A DNA stretch of 63,019 nucleotides, counting the filler, from Choristocarpus tenellus KU-1152 (Eukaryota > Protista > Phaeophyceae): NCBI GenBank assembly GCA_964200185.2. It is 8 parts of 8 records of this genome, joined end to end, with 100 filler letters (N's around TTAATTAATTAA, not from the genome) between each part and the next. Parts side by side here need not be neighbours in the genome. Positions count along the whole stretch, not along the records: positions 23,143 to 27,493 come from CAXNAD020014970.1; positions 27,594 to 30,658 come from CAXNAD020022567.1; positions 30,759 to 57,868 come from CAXNAD020000153.1; 5 more parts are not named here. One strand, 5' to 3'. The translations under genes and the position numbers were made by a program. A model generated the notes under the pieces. That model had not been told where the DNA came from. It was given only the letters and a program-made list of their open reading frames with translations, and made no database searches. Of this stretch, positions 24,791 through 36,444 are shown one piece after another. Numbering within the stretch: the first letter of the stretch is position 1; each line of letters starts with the position of its first letter.

Positions 24791-27493
24791 AGCTAAGACA
24801 GTACTGATAGGTGGTGTGCAATCCCTAGTGCTTGCTACATGCACCATTGTTGATAATCGAAACAAGGTATCAGTGAAAAAAAAGTCTGTTATCAATGGGG
24901 TATGAACTATCGAAACTAGTGCAGCAGGGGATAGCCTCTTTGACCACTGAGTCGTGAGGACCCTCGAATGGAAGTATGTCAGAGTAGTAGGAGGTGAAGA
25001 GGTGAAAACACCGCGTACACTAGCAGAATAGCATACTGTATTGTCGTGTTTAGTTCTCTTTATTAGCCTAGGGACTCTCCCGATCCATTGTCCCAATTGG
25101 GACACTTCATCCGTAGAACTATGGGTGAATTGCAAAAAATTGAAAAACTAGGTTAAATACAAAGCGGTTAAAAATTGGATACCTCTCCTTCATTTTGGGT
25201 CAATATCCTCATATTTTTCATTTTTATGACAACTTCTTGACGTACATTGGTCACCTCAGCCCAAGTAACGTTCGAGCCAGACGAACACACCAAATTGGAG
25301 AGTTTGAGGATAAATACTGACAACCAAAGGAAGGAATTTACTGGTTTTTTACAACTAGAAACCACAACAGGTAGGTGAGCCCTTCCTTCTCAATATATAC
25401 TCTTAACTGATTGCTTGCTCTTCTAGCTTGGTACGTATGATTGTGGGTCTTGTTTGTTCATGAAGCAACCATCAATTCATTGCTGACGTTAGTGTGAACT
25501 TGATGTAATGGGTGTAGTAGCTGGATGTGAGAGCAGTAGAAAACACACTGAGCGACCAACAAGAGGTTATTGTGCGGAAAATGGACACTAGATGCTTGAG
25601 TTGCAAGGTGTATCATCACAGAAGAGAAGGTTACTTGAACATGGTGGATAGGAGTACTCTGGTCTACGTTCTAACCCAACACAAAATAAAAATAATAGAT
25701 ACCGTAACCAGTAATATACTTCAACGCTATCATGATGGATAGACTTCTTAATGAACTCGCACAACTATTAAGTAGTACAACTAAACTTTTATTTCTTGAT
25801 TGGTCCGTTGCACAACAACCCTCAAATTAAAATAAAATTTGCAATATACTAGTATTCGATGATGTGATGAATGATACCCTCACCTCTTTTGGGGGGGGGG
25901 AGATATAAGTCGCATAATAATAGATCCCTTACACTGTCATTATGTTCATTATTATTTTTCACTTGAAGTAGTCTTGTTGAAGTGGACAGTGGACGGATTG
26001 TGGTATTGAAAGATTCGATCACCATCCCACACACTAAATACCTCCCGCAGAAGAATAAAATTATTTTTACCTTGCTAAAATCGGAAGAGTCAACCCAGAT
26101 AGCTGTGCTTGTCATGTACCACACAGAAATTCCGAAGGAATGTACAGTTTCCCACTTATTGATTAAATAAGGTGCTCAAACGACCTCCTGCTGCATTTTG
26201 TCATCCTCCATGCATTATAGGTTTGGTTAGGCTATGGCGCACTGTTGTAAAGTTGCGTTTCAAAGGATGGGGGGACGTGTGGCACCTGAAATTAAAATCG
26301 ATGGTGCCTCTCAACCAGAGGATGTCAAAGCATGTGGAGTTGTGCGCATGTTTAACAACTTCTGTCTGCACCATCTACTGAAATTATTTTGACCTTAACA
26401 GTGAACTCCCTTTAACCGAAACATCGTGTTTGTTGTAGGAAAGGTTTGCAGCAAGAAATGACTTGCCATTTTCACTGGTAGACTCGGAAGGCAAAGGTAA
26501 AGCCTAAACTGGTCACCCTCATTGGAGTGCTAAATGGAGGGGAGGCGTGACATCTGATCATAGGTCACAGGAACCTCGCGAACATTATCCCAACATCACA
26601 ATTCTTCAGATTCTGGTGCCTTTACCACATTGTTGCGTACACAGCAGAGAAGAAAGTTGCACCTCTTCTACCTCGCACAACAATGCACATTGTAAGGGTC
26701 CTGCGCATAGGCACAACTGCTTCCGGTTTTTGAATCGCACAAACGTTGGCTACCATACGCAAATTTCCGACCTCTTGGCAGTGCTCAGGGGAGATTCCCT
26801 GTCTTCGGGAGCACCCACCAACATACTTTTTTCCCTTCTTTGCATGCATTTTGGAAAATCTAACCTTATCTCCGACCTCAGCTTTGTGCGTAAAAAGTAT
26901 CCCTAACCAGCTAAGGAAACGTTCTATAAGAAGTGGTGAAGGAGTGATGTGTGCACTGGGGAACCACAACATCTCAAGAATCCACCACACTTCACTTTTT
27001 CACACTCATTTTCGAGAACCTAACTTCAACCCTAACCCTTACCTGCATGTGAAAAAAAAGTATGATAGAGGGGGTTCCCCAAAAGACTGGGAATCTCCCC
27101 TGGGCACTACACACCTTGCCGAGAGTTACTCTCCACTGACTTTCACACGAACAAAACGTAAGCACTTGGAGTCCCTTTACATGGCACATATTAAAAAGTA
27201 ATTTCCGCCATCTGTTGCACTATATTGGATGCTACTAATACCAAGAAATACACTATGCTCAGTGGTTCCTTCAATTCAGATCACCGTGTCCAAAGATACT
27301 TCAAACACTGCGACAATCCTCCACATTCCGTATCCTTTAGGGATACGTACACCCAGGCAAAAATAAAAAACAAAAATCCATCAGCCTCGAAAATTGACCA
27401 GCCCCTTGCAGAGAGAAGGCTACTTACTAGGAGCTAGCCTTCACTACTAGGACTCTTTAGATACATCAATTACTTTGCAGATCAAGGCAGGGG

Positions 27494-27593
27494 NNNNNNN
27501 NNNNNNNNNNNNNNNNNNNNNNNNNNNNNNNNNNNNNTTAATTAATTAANNNNNNNNNNNNNNNNNNNNNNNNNNNNNNNNNNNNNNNNNNNN
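27494..27593. other. Artificial contig-joining spacer
   Basis: N44-TTAATTAATTAA-N44. Confidence 0.99.
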
Positions 27594-28036
27594 ACACATT
27601 TCAAATGTATACTGTCAGTGTTTGCTTTATGCACATTACATAACAGCTCTTGCCGTGAAAGACATCATGATAGGGGTTTCATAGTTTTGGGTAGTGCTGA
27701 TTGGGATGTACGGGACAGAAACACAATGTCTTAGGGTTCTGGGGTATTAAATAGACGTGGGTAGTGTCAAGCTCTTTTCACCAAGTTTTGACATTTTCAA
27801 GTCTTACATCCGTCGCTCCACTTTAACTTGATGCAATTATACACGTGACCAAACAAGTGTAGACAACATGCTCACATTTCATCCTCTCACTACCGCGTAC
27901 ATTCCAGATTGGAGATGATATTGTAAACAGATCGTTTTGCATCAAGTTTTAAATCATTTTTAATGCAGGGAACAATCGACAAGATTCCTTTACCCCACCT
28001 CTTATCGCCTACACTCCCAAATTGCACTATCTGCAG

Positions 28037-29900
28037 GAGCTAGTCATGCTGACGCGCAGATAAGCACCCCCAAACCTGGGAAAGAATGGGGTGGATACAA
28101 GGAGGTATGCACGCCATGTGAGGACATTTTTCCTGAATCCGATGATCGAGTGCTTGAAAAGAATATTCAGATTCGGGGTGAGCCAAAGAGTGGAACGAGC
28201 TTTCCTTAGACATCTTCCAGGTCTACCCTGAGGATTGTGTGCGGTTTTCTCAATGATATCTACGGGACTGATAGCTGCACATTCGAAAATGTGGAGCAGG
28301 GTATTCGTACCTCAACATTGGTCTTCATAACGAGTAATGGCAAAGAAGCTTCCTGCCCTTGTTCTGCAGTGAAGAGGTATGTGCGAAGTATGGGGTGATT
28401 GTCAGATGTTTTATCAAATGGAGTATAAGAAATACAATGTACCTATCCAAATCATGACTATTAGACGTAGATATTGTAGCTCTGTATTCACCTTGGTGAC
28501 AAAAGTAGGTAGTGCCAACTATACTGTACAATACTAAAGTTCGTATGTCCTTCTTGGGAGAGAAGTTGTACCCATCTAACCTCGATGAACGTTCAAAATC
28601 GAGGAAATGTGGGCAGGAGATATAGGGAGATGCAGAACAATTATACACTGTTGTGTGATGTGACCTACACTTTCTTGCCATTGTGTTTGTGTAAAATATC
28701 GTAAAATGTCCTCTTCTTCAAGGGTAACAGACTTCACATGCACTCATATGATATCATTTTGGAGCGAATCGCGTTTCATATTCCAGTTGTATGTCCCTGT
28801 ATTGTTGATTCCTACCCAGGTGCCTCATTACCCATCGTTTTCTGGTGTGTCAGCAGCTCCCTTGTTTTCTTGTTATCTAAGCTTCAAACTCACATTTTGT
28901 CTCCAACTCTACAGGTCCAAGAAACCACATTTTAGCCATATATTGATGGATTAAACTCTTCCGCATTTTTTTCAATTCTGAAGTTGTAACCCCGTACATG
29001 ACCTTGACCCAGGGTTGAAATACATGTAGTGGAGGAGCCAAATTATCTTAGAGGGTAGGGCCGTGTCCATTTGGTGGCCAAGATCCAAAGCTGTGATTTA
29101 GATGTAATTTTGGCTATTGTGTTTGTTAGGAAGTGTCAATATCCTTGTTCCAGACACACCTTTTCATAACGTATACATTTTATCTGCTCAGAAACATTTT
29201 GGAGTGGGAAAATGTCATAAAAAAGACTATGGGAAGCTAAGCCCCAAACGGACAAACAGGGCAAAACTCGTACTCTCTAAGATACTTTCACTCGGAGTTT
29301 GGTAAGCATGATCTCCCAGGATTGCGCCATCAACTACAAATCCCAGTACATTGTCGCAAGATCAGAGCCTCGTACCTATCCATGCCCTAATGTCATTGAT
29401 GCGACTACACCAGAGAAAAAAAGAAAATTCTTGGCATGCTTGGATGGATCCCTTGGCAGTGATTGTAGCAGCATTGTGGATCAGAGCTCCTAGTTGGCCA
29501 TAATTCGTGATCCTCGAGCAGCAGCAACAAGTCTGTACTTCATGGGAAAAATTCAGAAGTGGATAGATTCACAAGTCGAGTTAAATTCGCACGTTCTCAG
29601 CCTGCCGTCCAACTACTGCCAAAGGACAATGGTCAGGAATATACTGTTTGGGACATTTCTTCGATCGGAATCGCTACTATTGTTCTAGGAGGATGTACTC
29701 TCTGATGAATCAACATTCTTCCGCAAAGTCACAAGGTTCTTTGCTATGAACTTGCCAAAAGTTGCCATCAAGGACTGATTGATGCTCCTCAGCAGATATT
29801 TGATTTGCACATATAGGAGTAAAGTCAGAGGACCGGCAAGTCCAGACACCTTTCACTAATGAGCTCCACCCTGAAACCCTTTCAAAATGGATCTATGCAA
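28037..29900 (+). pseudogene. Sulfotransferase pseudogene (2 visible exons, MITE-disrupted)
   Basis: Exon 28037-28376 has the 5'-PSB motif QIRGEPKSGT (28168-28197), then TAG at 28207. The exon starting at 29013 joins in phase and has KHDLP, the 3'-PB motif AIIRDPR (about 29497) and F*ED (the YED motif). Further stops at 29491 and 29686 plus a frameshift. Confidence 0.85.
29035..29293 (-). mobile_element. Family 1 MITE, full length, inserted in a sulfotransferase exon
   Basis: GAGCCAAATTATCTTAGAGGGTA...TACTCTCTAAGATACTTTCACTC; TSD GGAG at 29031-29034 and 29294-29297. Confidence 0.93.
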
Positions 29901-30658
29901 ATAGAGCTATTCCAATAGAGTCTTTGCTATATGTAGTAGGCATGGATTTATTAGCGGAGAGGGCACAGCCCTCGGTGGGGGGTGCTCTCCCTTCTAATAT
30001 TATCTGTTGCGCACGTCAGCAGACACGTCAAAAATGTTCCTGTGTTAGTCGCACTACGTCAGCCACTTACATTAAACAAAAAAGGAATCCATAGAAACTC
30101 CAACTTGTCACTCTAAGCTCACGGAAACAAGTCGTTAACACTTACTTCATCAGGTCGAATTATCTGCTGCGTAATGTTGGTCACTAAACAGATATAAACC
30201 ATATATACTACCTAGCCTATATTGCACAAGATCATGCGCTCATAGATCTCGCCTGAGCTTCTCATTCGATGGAATGTGGACAATTAGTAGAACTGCAGGA
30301 CTGCATGGCTATGTTGTTTATTTTGAGTGTTAGAGGAAATATTTTGTGTCTCAACATGTTACCACAAACTTTTTTTTCTTTCATATATCACTAGCATACA
30401 TTGGTGTCGGGAGAAGTATATGATGTTACTATCTCCGTGCCATAATCTGTTCCACTTGTCCATAGCTCTTGATGATGTTGATGAAATTCTTTTCTGAAAG
30501 AAGATTTGAATTCCATGACGATTTCTGGTTATGCTCAGCTCATTTTATTACTATTACTCCCCATCCCTCCCAACTTTATCAGCCACAGAAAAGCCTCCAT
30601 GTCTACCTTCAGCGTGTTTTCAAGGTCACCAGACAACTGCCTCTTCCTCACTCCTGTG

Positions 30659-30758
30659 NNNNNNNNNNNNNNNNNNNNNNNNNNNNNNNNNNNNNNNNNN
30701 NNTTAATTAATTAANNNNNNNNNNNNNNNNNNNNNNNNNNNNNNNNNNNNNNNNNNNN
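30659..30758. other. Artificial contig-joining spacer
   Basis: N44-TTAATTAATTAA-N44. Confidence 0.99.
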
Positions 30759-30889
30759 TGGGCTTTTTTTTGGTTGTGTTTATGTGAACACTCTGGGGGG
30801 GACCCCCCCCCCCCCCCCCCCCACCAGATACTTTGGGTCCAAGGAGTCAAAGTAAACGAGAGGTACCCAGAGTTGCATTTTAAGGATAA

Positions 30890-31020
30890 TGACAAATATG
30901 TGCAAAATTCAACTTTCTTTACGATGTGTATAAGGTATTTTCTGAATTGTGTCGGAAAAGTTTCAAGCAATAGAGAAATAAGGCTCTCACGTCAACGTAG
31001 AACTTCATCCACAGAAAAAA
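30890..31020 (-). repeat. Dispersed repeat family 4 copy
   Basis: Minus strand TGGATGAAGTTCTACGTTGACG...ATTTCTCTATTG...TTTT.CGACA..ATTCAGAAA aligns with 52715-52845. Confidence 0.6.
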
Positions 31021-32656
31021 GGGCGAATTTCAAAAGATTGAAAAACAGACTTAAAATGCAAATTGACCAAAAGACCCTGGGCATCTCTCGTTTACTTTGG
31101 CTCCAAGTTCATGGGTGTGGGCCTCATTGCGATAAATCCGAGCAGAGTCTGGATAATATTCATATCGGGGCATTAACCTGACAAAATCAACCATGATATT
31201 GAATGATAGAGTAGTATATTGCATATGCTCTGAAGCATGCTGTAATGTAGAAAATCAGATGTTGGACGTCTCTGCCATGGACATACATGTGAGGGTGGTT
31301 ACCACAACCACAATGGTACAATGTTTGTACAGCATAGGCAACAAAATAAAAAAAATAAAAACGTTTTTACAACAGTACACAAAGTCCTACTATATACGAA
31401 CAAACAATAGTATGCGCTGTTAGCATAACGTTACAGCACAGACATGGAACCCCCCCCCCCCAGCACATGATGTTGATAAGCTACCTTGCTTTAACGGGCA
31501 GCCTGCTATATACTATTACGTTACCGGTACCCAAGATGCTTGTGCAACTTAGGGTATGCGTGCCTATTATCCTATGAATCGTGTGTAGCTCTGAAGGCCC
31601 TATCACAGCCGATATCAAAACAAGCACCCCTCCTTCTCCACCAATGGGATGTAGGACTGGAGAAAGTAAACCTTGAGTCAAACCTCTCTCTCAGTGTGTG
31701 ACTCACTGCCTAGTACTACAACAATCTACTAGTAACATTGGGTGTTGTCTTTAAGAGCTCTGGCCCGAGTGATGTGATCGACCACCCATTTCAAGGGAAA
31801 CATGGATGTATCACCAACAAGGCCAAATCAGGAAGATGCAAGAACGAGGGGAGGGGGGATAGTCTGTGGCTTGAAGAGCACAGGCGATCACTGTTGGTTG
31901 TACACTTGATTGAATGGCATGTTGGTTTCTGTAAATAAACAACAGACTCGAGAACGCCAACCGATGAAGATCGTTTTTGCTCGGTATCAGTGACCTCTCC
32001 CACTTTAGCTCCATGAGCAGTCAAAGAAGGCCTATACCCTTTGATCTTGTTGCACCTAAACCTGCAATCCCCCTCTCCCCCCCCCCCCCCACCAAAAAAC
32101 AAGAAAAAAGAAAAAACAAGTTGTAAAACAAAAACAAGTCAGATGCGTGTCTCTGACATTTCCCATCCAAGCAAAACGGACAAGGGAGAAAGCTATCAGA
32201 TTTTTGAGGTGAGAGAGGAGTACAATGTTTGAATGGAACACTCTTGATGAACTAGATGGAGTGGGGAGGAGCTTTCCCCTGGTGAGGGTTGGGTGCTATT
32301 GCCTCAGATGATGTGAAGGTAGAGCTCAATAAAAAAAAAAAGTTACAGGGGCTGTTGTTAGTGTGTAGGGTAGTTCATTGACTACACGATGAAATGCTGT
32401 TCTTGAATCCTCCCTTTTCTATAGCCTTGCTGTGGGGTGATCCTTGGTTTTTTGAGACACGTGGCCTGATGTACCCTAAGAGGCCGGTCTGGCTAAGCTA
32501 CTTCTGGCACTGTTGCTTTTGTCTCCTGAGAGCAGCATGGCACAATGACCATCAGTGGAATGCCCCTAAGAGACCAAAACCATGTTGTAGTGCCCCTTCG
32601 AATTCCAAGCGGACCTGATGAGGAGAAAAGGAATGCAGTCTGTGTCCTCCATACAG

Positions 32657-32697
<41 letters not shown>

Positions 32698-35600
32698 TGT
32701 ATTATCACAGCAACAACAACAACAATAACGAAAATAATCGTATTAATAAAAGTTATAATAATAATAATAAAATATTTTTTTCGTCTAAGGACGGACACAT
32801 CATGGTAGTGACAAGTATCTACTCCTGAGATGGCGCCAACAGCAGCCTTCTTGCCCTCCCTTCCCACCCACTTCAACAAGCATGAAGCAACCACACTGTC
32901 AGAGGGGCTGAAGTACTCCTAAGTAACACAAAATCTACACACACACATACACACAGAGGAACACAACCTTGAAGTGCACAGTGGCTTTCTTTCATTACCA
33001 ACAGGAAATGCCTTCCATCACAATTCTGTGGCTATGTCCACAGTTGGCAAACACTGCTTTCATCACCAACCCCTCCCCACATCACTCCCCCGCCCCTCTG
33101 TCCCCCCCTACCCTGTCATGGATGCCAATCAGGACACAAAACAGGGGCACCGGTTCCCTCTCCCCAGGAAAGAAATCCCCCATCGGAGGGCGAACTTCCC
33201 ATCCCCAATTCCCACACGTCCTCATCCCCTGGATGGTCGCCTCTGCCCTCCTCAGCAAGGAAAGAGCGCCGATCTCCACAGCCTGATGAATTGAGTCTCA
33301 TACGCCGGTGATAAGGTGGCAGCGAGAGGCGCTTGAGCGCCCTTGGGCAAGCGACTGGAGGTTGACTGGCTCGTAGTGAGGGCCCAAAGAGCAAGAGCTC
33401 TGGGCTGAAGATAAGGTTAGGGACAAAAAGTAACGTAGATGCGTAGGACACGGGAAAGGAAATGGGAAGTGAGCAAAGGGCAGGGGAGGGGATGCATGCA
33501 GGGAACGGAAGTGCCGCTGTGTACGTGGGGGCAAGGGTGGGTGATGGGGTTATCATGGCATGGCACAGTTGCTTTGCTACTCCAGGCACACAACCGAGTA
33601 TTTGTTGGTGTCAATCACGGCGAGATTGGCCATCCATGATGCTTGTGGGAGGGGAGGTGAAGTAACTATACTCCACCTTGTTCGGTGACAGTATGTGGGG
33701 CCTCTCTCACCTACGTCTCTGATTACCCTACAACACAACAGCATGTATTGCAAACGAGAGCTCTCAGAGGCATCTTTATGAGTCACTAAGTGGGCAGGAC
33801 ATCAAAGGGACGGGCTAGGGGCAAGTGGGGTCAAGTAACAAAGGACAGAGCAGGAAAAGGATGTTACACAGCGGTCTTTTCACCACAAAATGTAAAATAC
33901 TCGCATCGATTTCTTTTCTCTTTCACCTCTATATTTATTCCGCGATAGGAATTTTATCCCCAATTTCTGTGGGGCAATTTATTATTTTTTTTGAGAAGGT
34001 CTTCCTGGGCATTCCAATATCTGCAGTTGGTTGTGGTGCTGTGGTGCCTGCTCTGTTCAGGATCTGTTCAAACAGTTGGTGGGGCAGAAAAATATCACAT
34101 TGGAGAGGCGATCCTTGCGGCTTTGTAGTAGGCAGTGTAGAATATGTAGACTACTACATTGGATTTCACTGACATTTTAAGGTAAGCTCATAATGTTTTT
34201 TGTTTTGCAAGCCCCCCCCCCCCCCCCCCCCCCCGATCCACACCTCCTACCCCCCTTCGCCNNNNNNNNNNTTTATGGTAACTTTACATGATTTTTTTTT
34301 TTTTCGCCCCCCCCCCCCCCCCCGAGAAATAGGATCTGACACCATTTTGTGCATGTATAGCCCGCCCCGCAAACTATTCAAACTGATCCTGAACAGAGGA
34401 AGTAGTAGTTGAAACTCACACAGAGGACACAACGCGTGAGCGTATCTGATCTATGAGGGGCATGGGGGATGCAATCGATTGTATTGGGATGATTTCAATT
34501 TCACCGGACTGCACCAATTCCTTTCAAATTTTCCTCCGGAGGTATCAACAGCAAACACACTTGGCACTTTGGCGAGAACCTCTACCTACTCTCCGTGGTA
34601 AATCAAATCGGAGACAAGCTTAAGAAAAGAAAGTAACAGACTCTCACGTTTAAGTTCCACCTCACGGTAACGCCTGTCCCGGGGAAACAGGAACGGATTC
34701 ACCGCCCCCCAAATCGTACGGGGGTCACCGTTTCTTTTTCTTTTTACAAATTGTCTCAGAAAAGGACCAACAGGTTGTTGGGGGTGTGAGAGAGTCGGTA
34801 TGCCGGCGTGATGCGCTCATCTGATGATGACAAGACCTTAGCCCATGGTATGACATGTACCGACAACGGTATGAAGTTGAACTCACCACATCGTTGTCAT
34901 CAGTTTTATTTTTTTTTCCGTCAGGCTGCACTGCCAACAACACTGGGACACCATGCCCCCTTACCCTGCCACCAGGCAACTCGACATGGAAGGCGATGGA
35001 AGGCGAAGGTTTCTTTACCGAGGGACCGATTGAGACGAGCTCGAGATGAGCGTTCTTTTTGTTGTTTTTTTAAAGTGAAAGCGAAACTGTAAAAATAGAG
35101 ATATTTGTTGGCACGTAGGAGATTTTTCAACACACGATTTTTTCATTTTTGTTTTGTTTCTTCCTTAACTGTTTTTCTTAAGAAACCCGCCCCCCCCAAA
35201 AAAAAGAAGAAGAAAAAGATGCGAGGTTCGAATCTTCTTCCTCGTATGCAATCACTCTGTAAAAGGTGTTTATAGGTCTCCATGTAATAGGTGTGAGTGT
35301 GCTGTGAACGAATCCGAACAGTGACAGTAACTGACATGTACCACATAGTGTTATGTCTTTTTCAAACCTAACCCTAACCCTAACCCTTGTCCTCTGTGCC
35401 TTTTTCCAATCCCTATGCAATCCATCCTATTTCCATGTTCCAAGCACATAGTAGCTAAAGTCCCCCCAATAAACAAAGCTCTCAGTCACTACAGGAGACA
35501 TGCTGCATGCAATTTTACCACAACAGGGCAAAGGCCCCTTTTTTGAAACCTACAATTAGGATGCCTTCTGCCCATTTTTGGGGGATCCTCACAACAAAAC

Positions 35601-36444
35601 CGCCTACACTTCTCAGTCCGTACCAATCAAAGAGAGAAACGCCTTCCTTCCAGAAGCAAATAAAATCAAATAATAAGGTACAATCTATGATGAAAGTATA
35701 ACCCTTGTTATCACTCGACAAAGCAGGTGGGGCAAGGGTTCCTCAACTCGCTTGAAACAACAAACTTCCAACATACTTATCCTGTCCCAGTAAATATAGA
35801 GGAACAGAGGTGGTATGATACCTCAAAGCCTGTGCTTGAGCAGTGTTATGACTTCCCGATCTCTTCCTCCTGGGTTTTCCCCACCCCCCCTTCCATGACC
35901 TCCCCTTCTTTTTCTTTACAGTACTATATTGTGTATACCACAAGATATTAGTAGGTATTGTTACACTCCAAGCAGCATGTGTCCGGAAGTATCATCACGC
36001 AAACCTATATATATAACCTCGATTCCTTCAACCTATGTAGCCATTTCAAGAGATAGGCAAAAAAAAGAAGTTGCATCTCTTCTACCTGTACATTTTTTGG
36101 AGTGACCATGCAGCTCACTGTTGTGCAATCAAGGGCGCAACAATGGCTCTACCCAGAGACCTACCTACCTACCTACCTACCTACCCAGCCAGCCAGAGAC
36201 AGAAATGGATAGTCATGTACCTAGGCAGTGCACACACACAAAGAAGGTGAGCAATGAACGCCTTCCACCCGACCCGAAAAAGCGAATCCTTTGCGTTTGA
36301 AAAAAAAACACTTCATTTCAGAATTGAGTCGGGTGATACTGAATAATGTTGACAAAAGCCTCGTGGTGTGAGCCTACTCTTCCAGAGTGCACTGAGAGAT
36401 CACGCCACAAATAATAAGAAAAAAGAAAATGGGTATGAGCTCAC

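Noticed and set aside
29117-29305. Similar short ORFs at 22676-22960, 29117-29305 and 61005-61319 as a small gene family
   Set aside because: They are incidental translations of the family-1 MITE in differing frames and strands.
35220-35245. GGTTCGAATC as a tRNA T-loop
   Set aside because: Flanks do not form T or acceptor stems, and the upstream sequence is a purine run.
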